Shown here one piece after another: positions 38,700 through 47,149 of a stretch of DNA of 60,732 nucleotides; position 1 is the first letter of the stretch, and each line of letters begins with the position of its first letter. The position numbers and the translations under genes were made by a program. The notes beneath the pieces are model-generated. The model did not search any database and was not told the DNA's origin. It was given only the letters and a program-made list of their open reading frames with translations. Source of the DNA: an uncultured Gammaproteobacteria bacterium (GTDB lineage: Bacteria; Patescibacteriota; Microgenomatia; JALYQM01); the NCBI GenBank assembly GCA_964535655.1, contig CAZHTP010000007.1, positions 1 through 60,732 of the forward strand, read 5' to 3'.

Positions 38700-40538
38700 A
38701 TGAGCGTTTTTCGCACAACACAAATTAATCTAGATCATATGCGCGATTGCCAAAGAGAAGCCGCAATTGAATGCCATGCTCACTACGCAAATGACAGTAG
38801 CGAAAGACATGTATTACTTCAACTACCGACAGGTACTGGTAAATCTGCACTAATCGCAGCACTTCCATTTTATATACCTTGTGAGCGCGTGTTGGTATTA
38901 GTACCAAACCTAGGTCTGGTAAAACAGATGCAAGAAGATCTCGATATTATTGATCACGAAAATACAAACGCCTATTGTACCTATAAACTTTTAACGCAAG
39001 AACAGCTGGATAATATTGAATTTTTCACAATGCCATTAACAAATGCAGTCAATAGAAATGATCTCACAAAGCATCATATTATAGTTGCAAACTATCACAA
39101 ATTTCAAGACGTAGAAAAATGGTTTGGCACTAACAACGATATTATTGACCTAATTATAATTGACGAAGCGCACCATCAAGGGGCAAACACATACAAAGAA
39201 ATCATAAATTTTTTCAGCACAGCAAAAATAGTAGGGCTTACAGCAACCCCATTTCGCTCAGATGGCAAACTTGTCGAAGGGAAAAGAATCTATACTTATC
39301 ATTTTAGAGATGCCATAAAGAAGAAGTACATTAGGAATATTGAAGTAAACAACGTCACGCCAGACGAAGTTTCAATATACTTTACGAGTAAAAATAGTTC
39401 GGAAAAATATACTTTGGAGCAAATACTCGAAATGAAAGATGAGGCTTGGTTTAACCAAGAAATTGCGCTATCTGAAGAATGCTGTAACTCGATAGCCGAT
39501 TTAGCGGTAGAAAAACTTAAAGAATTAAGACATAAGCACCCAGAAACCCGACACGAAATAATAGCATCTGCGATGACAATACGACATGCTAGAGAATGTA
39601 TAAAACCTGCGTTTATTCGACATGGACTCAAAGTTGAAATCGTAAGCTCAGACAAGGAAGAAGCCATCCATAACGATAGAGTAAAAGCAGAACTACGGCA
39701 GGGTAAGCTTGACGTCATTATCAGTATTGGAATGCTAGGAGAAGGGTTTAATCAAAAAACGTTAGGTGTAGCTGCAATTTTTAGACCATACAAATCATTA
39801 AATCCATATATCCAGTTTATTGGAAGGGTACTACGTCAGAATGATCCAGCAACGCGATGTCATGTAGTATCTCATCTAGGGCTGAATCAAGTGAAACGAT
39901 TCGAAGAGTTCAAGATGTTTGATGCAGAAGATAAGGTTTTTCTGGACGAGCTTTTCAAGCAAAGCGACACAGCAGGTACAAGTAACACCTTTGTTGATGA
40001 GTCAGAAATTGATGACAAATTAGTAGAAAAGAACATGGAGCCTGAAGTAAAAAACGTTGTAAGTCAATCCCTCGATATGATGGAGGTAAAAGACCTTTTT
40101 GTGACGGAAGATCAACAAGTAAACGTCATTAGCAACATGTTCAATAACTTGACGGAAGCTCAACAGACAACGTTCCTTAAAAAGCTTGGGCTAAATGCCA
40201 ATCAAATTAACGCAATAAAGCCGAAAAGGATTAAGCCTATCGCAAAACGAAGAGCCAAGAAGTCGCTAATTAACGAAAGGGCTAAAAGCATTGCGACGGA
40301 CACATTGAAGCAATTACATTTGAAGCACCATGGTCGTGATTTTAATCCATTAAGTATTAATTTTGCGTGGATATTAAGGAAGGTAAATAAACTGATGAAT
40401 ACACAACTTGGTATTAACGCAAATCAAAGAAACGACGTTGAGTTAGAAACATTTGAAGAATTCGAAAAATCAGGCAAATTTGAACAAATAAGATTTGATA
40501 CCCTCGAATATTTTAAGCAAAAGCTTTCAGAAAAATGA
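38700..40538 (+). CDS. Superfamily-2 DEAH-box helicase (ResIII + Helicase_C core) with an uncharacterised Lys/Asn-rich C-terminal region of about 190 aa
   Basis: Q-like RDCQREA, Walker A LPTGTGKS, motif II IIIDEAHH, motif III LTATPFR, motifs V/VI GMLGEGFN...QFIGRVLR. No nuclease motif was seen. Confidence 0.85.
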   Translation: MSVFRTTQINLDHMRDCQREAAIECHAHYANDSSERHVLLQLPTGTGKSALIAALPFYIPCERVLVLVPNLGLVKQMQEDLDIIDHENTNAYCTYKLLTQEQLDNIEFFTMPLTNAVNRNDLTKHHIIVANYHKFQDVEKWFGTNNDIIDLIIIDEAHHQGANTYKEIINFFSTAKIVGLTATPFRSDGKLVEGKRIYTYHFRDAIKKKYIRNIEVNNVTPDEVSIYFTSKNSSEKYTLEQILEMKDEAWFNQEIALSEECCNSIADLAVEKLKELRHKHPETRHEIIASAMTIRHARECIKPAFIRHGLKVEIVSSDKEEAIHNDRVKAELRQGKLDVIISIGMLGEGFNQKTLGVAAIFRPYKSLNPYIQFIGRVLRQNDPATRCHVVSHLGLNQVKRFEEFKMFDAEDKVFLDELFKQSDTAGTSNTFVDESEIDDKLVEKNMEPEVKNVVSQSLDMMEVKDLFVTEDQQVNVISNMFNNLTEAQQTTFLKKLGLNANQINAIKPKRIKPIAKRRAKKSLINERAKSIATDTLKQLHLKHHGRDFNPLSINFAWILRKVNKLMNTQLGINANQRNDVELETFEEFEKSGKFEQIRFDTLEYFKQKLSEK

Positions 40539-40816
40539 AGTCTAGCGAGCTTAAATAAGAAAAGAACAGACAGATCAGGTATTGGTTACCATACTAGCAG
40601 AAATGCAACAAAGAGTAGATATGCTGTGTGCTCACTGGTACAACAAGGAAATACCTCATTTGACCATGCAGATAATTGGTTAAACAGTTATTTCCTCAGA
40701 AGAAGGCTCAGACCATTTACTGACTGCAATAAAAAGTTTAAAGAACTAAACGGAAAAATATCTTTACAGCAAACATTAATTCTAGGAAAGTCTCTACCTC
40801 AAATCTTTTGCAAAAA

Positions 40817-40838
40817 GCGCCCGTTTTGAAACGGTGCC
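40817..40838. repeat. Palindromic hairpin family, copy 3 (diverged: GCGCCCGTTTTGAAACGGTGCC). It lies just 3' of the minus-strand tRNA-Gln.
   Basis: Shares the 14-nt core CCGTTTTGAAACGG. The outer stem bases differ. Confidence 0.6.
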
Positions 40839-40844
40839 TCTGAG

Positions 40845-40915
40845 TTGGGCTGCCTGGATTCGAACCAGGAATAAAGGCTTCAAAGGCCTCTGTGATACCG
40901 TTTCACCACAGCCCA
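40845..40915 (-). tRNA. tRNA-Gln (anticodon TTG)
   Basis: 71 nt. U1:A72 pair typical of bacterial tRNA-Gln, U8, anticodon loop CTTTGAA, T-arm CCTGG-TTCGAAT-CCAGG. CCA is not encoded. Confidence 0.88.
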
Positions 40916-41019
40916 TTAAAAATGCTGGACAACAAAAAGACACCAGGGCATTGATATACCCCAACTTCTTTGGTAGTATACATAAATAGTTACATTTAAA
41001 CAATATTTAGAAGGAAATT

Positions 41020-41040
41020 AACGGCTTAAGGCCGTTTTTT
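41020..41040 (+). terminator. Terminator-like hairpin AACGGC-TTAAG-GCCGTT + TTTT, 7 nt upstream of the pyk ATG
   Basis: Read directly. The role is unclear because no plus-strand gene lies upstream. Confidence 0.4.
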
Positions 41041-41047
41041 ATTGCTT

Positions 41048-42484
41048 ATGGATAGTCATTCCATCGACACATTAAAAAAAACCAAGATCGTTTCAACGCT
41101 CGGCCCAGCAACAAATACGCAAGATATGATTCATGCCCTCGCAACTCACGGCATGAACGTCGCCAGACTCAATTTCTCTCACGGATCGCACGACGAGCAT
41201 CAAAACCGACTAAATATTGTCCGCAAAGTTGCTAAAGATCTCAACAAGCCAATTGCTATCATGCAAGACTTGCAAGGACCACGTATACGCCTCGGAGCAC
41301 TAGCCGACGAACCTCAAATGCTTTCCAAAGGGCAAGAAGTCATTTTATTCCATGGCAAAGAGCAAACCGACGAGCGAATTCCAGTCGCCTTTGATATGTT
41401 TCCACACTTAAAGGTAGGGGACAGAATTCTCATTAAAGACGGATTAATACGACTTTCAGTAGAAGAAACACATAAAGATCATTGTCGTTGTATTGTACGC
41501 GTTCCTGGTGATATTGGTTCACGAAAAGGTATCAACCTTCCTGATACCAAGTTACCAAGCATTTCTTTTACAGAAAAAGATGCCGATGACTTAGAATTTG
41601 GACTCAAAAATAAAGTTGACTATGTAGCCCTTTCTTTTGTGCAAGACGCCGAGGATATTCATAAACTACGAGCAGTAATAGCAAAACACCACCACCATCC
41701 TAAAATAGTTGCTAAAATTGAATGCCAGGAAGCAATCCGCAATCTTAAATCAATTATTGAAGCGACCGATGTCGTTATGGTTGCTCGTGGAGATATGGCA
41801 ACCGAAGTCGGGCAGGAAGATGTGCCAATTATTCAACGCGAAATAATTCGTCTTTGCCGTGCAACCCATACCCCGGTTATCGTAGCAACTCAAATGCTTG
41901 AGTCAATGATTAAGAATCCGGTCCCGACCCGCGCTGAAGTTAACGACATCGCATCAGCCGTTATGGATCATGCCGATGCTTGCATGCTTTCAGGAGAAAC
42001 CGCCAATGGTGACTATCCAACCGAAGCGATTGCTACGATGGAACGTATTATCAAGCGTGTTGAACGACATCATCGTGAAACCTTAACCGATTTTGCTCTC
42101 TCAACTCTTGAAGAAAGCGACGAACAAACAACGGCAATAGCCGCGGCAACCACCATTCTCGCTCATCAACTCAAGGCAGAAATCATTTTGGTTGCGACTT
42201 CATCCGGAAAGACCGCACAAAGAATTGCTTCATATCGACCTCCGGTGTCAGTAGCCGCAGTAACCGATAATGAACTAACTTATAATCAATTGGCAATGGT
42301 CTACGGCGTCACTTCTTTCTTAATTCCTAAACTCTCTAAGAACGAAGAAGGCCTTGAGAAAATCCTTGATGAAATGAAGCAGCATGGCCACGTTAAGCCG
42401 GGAGATAAGGTAGTCCATGTAACAGGAGAAAAGCCAGGCGAAATGGGTGGAACAAGCATGATTAAAGTAGAGATTGTGAAGTAG
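41048..42484 (+). CDS. pyk: Pyruvate kinase
   Basis: KIVSTLGPAT, NFSHGS, MVARGDMATEVG motifs. ATG at 41048 preferred over the TTG at 41042. Confidence 0.93.
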   Translation: MDSHSIDTLKKTKIVSTLGPATNTQDMIHALATHGMNVARLNFSHGSHDEHQNRLNIVRKVAKDLNKPIAIMQDLQGPRIRLGALADEPQMLSKGQEVILFHGKEQTDERIPVAFDMFPHLKVGDRILIKDGLIRLSVEETHKDHCRCIVRVPGDIGSRKGINLPDTKLPSISFTEKDADDLEFGLKNKVDYVALSFVQDAEDIHKLRAVIAKHHHHPKIVAKIECQEAIRNLKSIIEATDVVMVARGDMATEVGQEDVPIIQREIIRLCRATHTPVIVATQMLESMIKNPVPTRAEVNDIASAVMDHADACMLSGETANGDYPTEAIATMERIIKRVERHHRETLTDFALSTLEESDEQTTAIAAATTILAHQLKAEIILVATSSGKTAQRIASYRPPVSVAAVTDNELTYNQLAMVYGVTSFLIPKLSKNEEGLEKILDEMKQHGHVKPGDKVVHVTGEKPGEMGGTSMIKVEIVK

Positions 42485-42486
42485 AA

Positions 42487-43896
42487 CTACGGACAAACAA
42501 ATGTACCGTTCTCGTACACATCAGCATCTGGTAGCTTGCTTTGTTCAGACTTGGTGTTAACCAAAGTAACATAACCCTTGATTGTAATTGGCTTATTAAA
42601 GAAAACATCGCCTTCTACGTCAAGGTTTTGGCACTGCAACAAAGATGGGATAATCTGAATTCGTGCTTCAAAATCGCTGATGAGCTTGTAAAAGTCTTCG
42701 TCGAGCGTAATCTTAATCGTTCCTAGTTTTCGCCGTGTATCGGAATATATATTATATTCTTCATCCATATAATAAATATCCGAGCGCAGCGCTAGTAAAT
42801 CAGCACACGTTTTTATAGGTAAAAATCGCGACTTCGTCACTCGAACAGCTCGAGCACCGGGGAAAACAGAAATAGCGGAACCCATAGCGGTTTCTAATTG
42901 AAAAACCTTAGGGCTATTCTTCTGTTTGGGGTCAACGGTTTTACTGTTGCGTATAAGCGGAAGTTTGAGAACATTATTATGTTCATTTAGATACGCTTTA
43001 AGGGCCTGTAAATTAATCCAAAGATTATTAGAATTGAAATATTTATACTTGTTAATATCCTGAAAACTCTCGATATCTTGGGGAGGGCATTGGGCAACTT
43101 CGCGCAAGATTAAATGACCGTCTTTATGTCGAGCAAGATGGCCACCTTTTTTATCCGCCGGAGTACGGCTCACTACTTCCATCATAAAAGGGATTTGGTG
43201 TTGAGACAAATATCCTAAAATCCCTAAATCTAGCACCGCACCTAGATTATCAATATTCGAAATGAATGCGTATTCATATCCTTTTTCAATTAGAGTATCC
43301 AAAATACCGGTTGTTTCCAAAGCAATATAAACTTCACCATGTCCTGGTGGGCACCATTCCAAGTCAGGATTCTCCGGCCAAACTGCAGGAGTAAATGTGT
43401 CCTGCAGTACTTTTGGAACTTTATACTGTGTCATTGTTGCTGGAACGGATCCCTTAAAGTGAGGGTAATTATCAATGATCGATAAGGTATCTGCATCGGT
43501 ATTATAACTATTCATAAAGATAAGCGGGATGTAGGTGGAATACTTTTCTCTTAGTGCCAAAACCTGACGAATGGTAATATCAAGAAAGTTTAAGTTTTTT
43601 CTGGCTACAAGTAATGATTTTGCTTTATCAAGACCCATACTGGTACCAAGACCGCCATTAAGCTTGATAATTACCGCCTTAGACATTACTTCTTTCCCGG
43701 CTTCCATGTATCTATCCAGCTCTTCGAGCCCTTCGACGTTTTCTATCGGATCAACCTCTTCGTCGCTAATCAGCCCTTGTTCCCCGTTAAGGACAAGATT
43801 ATAGTAGTAATTGAAGTTATTTACTACAATTTCCGGAAGTTCGTGTGCCCGCATTAGTTTCTCAAAGAGAGGGAAGGATGAATCTAATTTAGCCAT
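42487..43896 (-). CDS. UTP--glucose-1-phosphate uridylyltransferase, UDPGP (eukaryotic-type) family
   Basis: KLNGGLGTSMG signature. 469 aa with a C-terminal beta-helix-like part. Not the short GalU type. Confidence 0.8.
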   Translation of the reverse strand: MAKLDSSFPLFEKLMRAHELPEIVVNNFNYYYNLVLNGEQGLISDEEVDPIENVEGLEELDRYMEAGKEVMSKAVIIKLNGGLGTSMGLDKAKSLLVARKNLNFLDITIRQVLALREKYSTYIPLIFMNSYNTDADTLSIIDNYPHFKGSVPATMTQYKVPKVLQDTFTPAVWPENPDLEWCPPGHGEVYIALETTGILDTLIEKGYEYAFISNIDNLGAVLDLGILGYLSQHQIPFMMEVVSRTPADKKGGHLARHKDGHLILREVAQCPPQDIESFQDINKYKYFNSNNLWINLQALKAYLNEHNNVLKLPLIRNSKTVDPKQKNSPKVFQLETAMGSAISVFPGARAVRVTKSRFLPIKTCADLLALRSDIYYMDEEYNIYSDTRRKLGTIKITLDEDFYKLISDFEARIQIIPSLLQCQNLDVEGDVFFNKPITIKGYVTLVNTKSEQSKLPDADVYENGTFVCP

Positions 43897-44052
43897 ATAT
43901 ATACCTATACAATAAACTTACCAGCTGACGGCTATTTTTGCAAATATCGTCAGCAAAACACTTATAAAAGTATAGCAAATTGATCTCCAGATGCATAATT
44001 TTGCCCGAACTGTTGTCTCTGAGTACAATTAGTGATATACTCCCCATTACGT

Positions 44053-44271
44053 ATGTCAGAAATTCAAACAACGGCAAAAAAAGCCTCGATACTTGATTTT
44101 TTTCAAACTACTGTGTTAGAATTGAAAAAAGTAGACTGGCCCAGCCGGGAAAAAACAATCCGATTAACCCTCATTGTTATAGGAGTTAGCCTCTTAATTG
44201 GAATATTCATAGGCGGCTTGGACATCCTACTAACACAAGCAGTTCAAAGATTATTAGAATTAAAAAAATAA
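44053..44271 (+). CDS. secE: Preprotein translocase subunit SecE
   Basis: ELKKVDWPSREKT followed by a single TM helix. Position upstream of nusG. ATG at 44053 preferred. Confidence 0.85.
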   Translation: MSEIQTTAKKASILDFFQTTVLELKKVDWPSREKTIRLTLIVIGVSLLIGIFIGGLDILLTQAVQRLLELKK

Positions 44272-44280
44272 TAGGACAAA

Positions 44281-44877
44281 GTGATGGATACCACAGCGAG
44301 CCCAAATAATGTAGTCGCACCGGAAACAGAAACACCTGTCGTGCACGATAACCCAAACGCACGATGGTATGTAGTACATACGTATTCGGGACACGAAAAT
44401 AAAGTTGAATCTACACTCAAACAACGCATCGCAATGAACCACTTACAGGATAAGATCGTGGATATTAAAGTGCCTACGCACGATCAAGTTCAAATCAAAG
44501 AGGGTAAAAAATCTACAATCAAAGAAAAGATTTTTCCAGGGTACATCTTGGTTAAAATGGAGCTCAACGATGATACCTGGTCACTAGTACGCACTACACA
44601 AGGTGTAACCTCATTCGTCGGCATGGGAAACAAGCCCACTGCACTTCCTGAAAAAGAAGTACAGACAATCATGAAATTCATGGAAGTAGCTTCTCCTCGT
44701 TACAAAGTTCGCTTTGAAAACGGCGAAGCAGTCAAAATCATCGATGGCCCATTTGCTGATTTCGTTGGTACCGTATCCGAAATTAACGACGAAAAAGGAA
44801 AAGTTACTGTCCTCGTTTCAATCTTCGGTCGCGAGACGCCAGTTGAACTCGATTTCTTACAGATATCAAAATTATAA
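44281..44877 (+). CDS. nusG: Transcription termination/antitermination factor NusG
   Basis: [18 protein letters not shown] block and KOW block [19 protein letters not shown]-terminal extension of about 25 aa. Confidence 0.93.
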   Translation: MMDTTASPNNVVAPETETPVVHDNPNARWYVVHTYSGHENKVESTLKQRIAMNHLQDKIVDIKVPTHDQVQIKEGKKSTIKEKIFPGYILVKMELNDDTWSLVRTTQGVTSFVGMGNKPTALPEKEVQTIMKFMEVASPRYKVRFENGEAVKIIDGPFADFVGTVSEINDEKGKVTVLVSIFGRETPVELDFLQISKL

Positions 44878-44929
44878 TTATTTAAGAGGATTCTAGTCGC
44901 CCGTAAGATAGGCATCTAGTCTTAAATCT

Positions 44930-45355
44930 ATGGCTGCTAAAAAAGTCAAAGCAGTATTAAAACTTAATATCCCGGCAGGCGAGGCAACACCAGCGCCACC
45001 TCTCGGTCCAGCCCTTGGCCAGCAAGGTGTACCAATCATGGAGTTTGTAAAGCAGTATAATGCTGCAACGGCAAACCAAAAGGGTACTATCGTTCCAGCT
45101 GTAATTACCGTTTACGAAGACCGTACTTTCACCTTTGTTACCAAAGTTGCCCCAATGTCTGACCTTATTAAGAAAAAGATGGGGTTGGCAAAGGGATCCG
45201 GTAAAGCAGGGCGAGAGTCAGCAGGAACACTTACTCAGGATCAAATCCGCGAAATCGCAACAACCAAACTTCCAGACTTAAATACTAAAAATATCGAGCA
45301 GGCCATGAAAATGGTGGAAGGAACTGCCCGTTCAATGGGAATTAAAATCGCGTAA
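44930..45355 (+). CDS. rplK: 50S ribosomal protein L11
   Basis: [19 protein letters not shown] signature. 141 aa. Confidence 0.97.
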   Translation: MAAKKVKAVLKLNIPAGEATPAPPLGPALGQQGVPIMEFVKQYNAATANQKGTIVPAVITVYEDRTFTFVTKVAPMSDLIKKKMGLAKGSGKAGRESAGTLTQDQIREIATTKLPDLNTKNIEQAMKMVEGTARSMGIKIA

Positions 45356-45414
45356 TAATTAGTAATAACTGTGGGAGGGCTGTTACGGTCCGCAATTACC
45401 ACAAGGAGAAATAT

Positions 45415-46293
45415 ATGGCACGGCCAAAAAAAGAAGATTCTGCAAAGCAGAAAAGATTAAAAGAATTATCAGCTCGCATTGGTGAACCTGAAAACATTTT
45501 TGACGACGAAGAAGTACAAGCGAAAGCTGAAGAAGTAAAAAAGGAAGAAATCAAAGCAGCGCAAACTAACGAAGAATCAACTGAAGCTGCAGGAGCTGAA
45601 GAAGCGCCTGTAGAAGAAAAAGTTAAAAAAGTACCTAAAGTTCGTGGCAAAAAGCATGTAAATGCTAAGTCTCTTGTAGCAAAAGGCGCTAAATATCCCA
45701 TCGAAGAAGCAATTGAGTTGATTAAAAAAGCTTCGTATTCAACTTTTCCAGGAACAGTCGAAGTTCATTTAACTCTTGCCGATAAAGAACTTCGTGGAAC
45801 GCTCTCTCTTCCTCATGGAACAGGAAAAAATGTTAAAGTATTTGCGTTCGTTAGCGACGCAAAAGTTAAAGAAGCAAAAGATGCCGGTGCAGAACAAGCA
45901 GGAAGTCAGGACTTGGTAACTCAGATTAAAGAAGGTAAATTTGTACCAGGTAAGGACTTCAACGCTGTAGTAGCTGAACCTGCCATGATGCCTGTCATCG
46001 CGCCCCTTGCTAAAATACTTGGTCCAAAAGGTTTAATGCCTAATCCAAAAAATAGTACCGTTGGTGCCAATGTTGGCAGCATGGTAACTAATCTAAAAAA
46101 AGGACAGATAAACTACAAAGCCGAAACACCAAATCCTTATTTAGTACATCTCCCAATTGGTAAAGTATCCTACTCAGCAGAACAGTTAACTGAGAATTAT
46201 CAAACCATAGTACAAAACTTTGGTGCGAATAAAATCAAGAAAGCTTTTCTTTCGGCTACAATGGCCCCAAGCATTGAAATCAAGCTTGGCTAA
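45415..46293 (+). CDS. rplA: 50S ribosomal protein L1 with an N-terminal Lys/Glu-rich extension of about 70 aa
   Basis: L1 core from about aa 75 (KHVNAKS...GTVEVHL...LPHGTGK...LGPKGLMPNPK). AAGGAG SD at 45404-45409. Confidence 0.93.
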   Translation: MARPKKEDSAKQKRLKELSARIGEPENIFDDEEVQAKAEEVKKEEIKAAQTNEESTEAAGAEEAPVEEKVKKVPKVRGKKHVNAKSLVAKGAKYPIEEAIELIKKASYSTFPGTVEVHLTLADKELRGTLSLPHGTGKNVKVFAFVSDAKVKEAKDAGAEQAGSQDLVTQIKEGKFVPGKDFNAVVAEPAMMPVIAPLAKILGPKGLMPNPKNSTVGANVGSMVTNLKKGQINYKAETPNPYLVHLPIGKVSYSAEQLTENYQTIVQNFGANKIKKAFLSATMAPSIEIKLG

Positions 46294-46309
46294 GATTAGT
46301 CGTAAATAC

Positions 46310-46342
46310 AAAAAGAGACCCCGTAAAAGAGGTCTCTTTTTG
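46310..46342. terminator. Bidirectional rho-independent terminator (AAAAAGAGACC-loop-GGTCTCTTTTT)
   Basis: 7-bp GC-containing stem flanked by an A-run and a T-run. It lies between convergent rplA and the 46365-47117 gene. Confidence 0.85.
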
Positions 46343-46364
46343 TATGTTTTTTTATAAGGATAAA

Positions 46365-47117
46365 CTAGTTAACAAAGACTAAGGCTGGAGAAGATTCTGA
46401 TGAAGATTCACGAGAATAATAATCCACGCTCTCGGCACCTTCGGTCGCAATCTTAAAGGTATATGTTTTACCTGGCTGTATATAACTGGTTACATCGATA
46501 GTCTTAGCTACACGTGCAGACACAGGTCCGATCAATCCTACGACAAATTCTCCTTGGACAGGTTTAGAATCGAAAGTTAATAATCTTTCTGACCATAAAT
46601 TATCGCTAAGCACTGAAAGCACGCCACCATTATCATTAGAATCTTTGGGATTAACTCTCAAGAGAACTTTAGAGTATTTTGTGTCGGCAGGAACCTTGAA
46701 CTTCAGAAACGCAATTCGTTGTGGGCTTTTATTAATTTTTAAAGAACCTTCTGAACCATATGACTTTTGTGGAGCATCTGCTCCCACATAAGAGTCTTCG
46801 GAAGAAACAACAACGAGCGAAGACACATTAACACCATTTGGATTTTCCGCGGCGTTAGAATTGTCCGGAGAAAACACATCAGCGGCAGCACGTTCTTCTG
46901 ATTTAATAAAAGCAGTAGAAGAAGACTGTTTAACTCCTAACTGAGGCAAGGAAGGTAGATAGCCACTAAATACTCCTACAACAAGCACAGTAGCAAAGAG
47001 GCCTAACCCAACAATAGGATCAAATAGAAAATTGTGATCTGAGTTAAATTCACGCTCCTTTTTATAGTTCATTATTTGATCAAACACCGAGGAATAAAAG
47101 TTCTGACGTGGGTTCAT
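46365..47117 (-). CDS. Membrane-anchored secreted protein with a DNRLRE/CBM96-like domain
   Basis: TM segment near the N-terminus. Blocks RIAFLKFKV, NLWSERLLTFDSKP, DVTSY and YYSRESSSESSPALVFV follow the DNRLRE-domain pattern. Confidence 0.65.
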   Translation of the reverse strand: MNPRQNFYSSVFDQIMNYKKEREFNSDHNFLFDPIVGLGLFATVLVVGVFSGYLPSLPQLGVKQSSSTAFIKSEERAAADVFSPDNSNAAENPNGVNVSSLVVVSSEDSYVGADAPQKSYGSEGSLKINKSPQRIAFLKFKVPADTKYSKVLLRVNPKDSNDNGGVLSVLSDNLWSERLLTFDSKPVQGEFVVGLIGPVSARVAKTIDVTSYIQPGKTYTFKIATEGAESVDYYSRESSSESSPALVFVN

Positions 47118-47149
47118 GAATTCATTGAACCACTAAGTATAAATACTTG

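Noticed and set aside
40626-41003. ORFs 40626-40829 (+) and 40794-41003 (-)
   Set aside because: They overlap the hairpin repeat and the tRNA-Gln gene and show no coding features.
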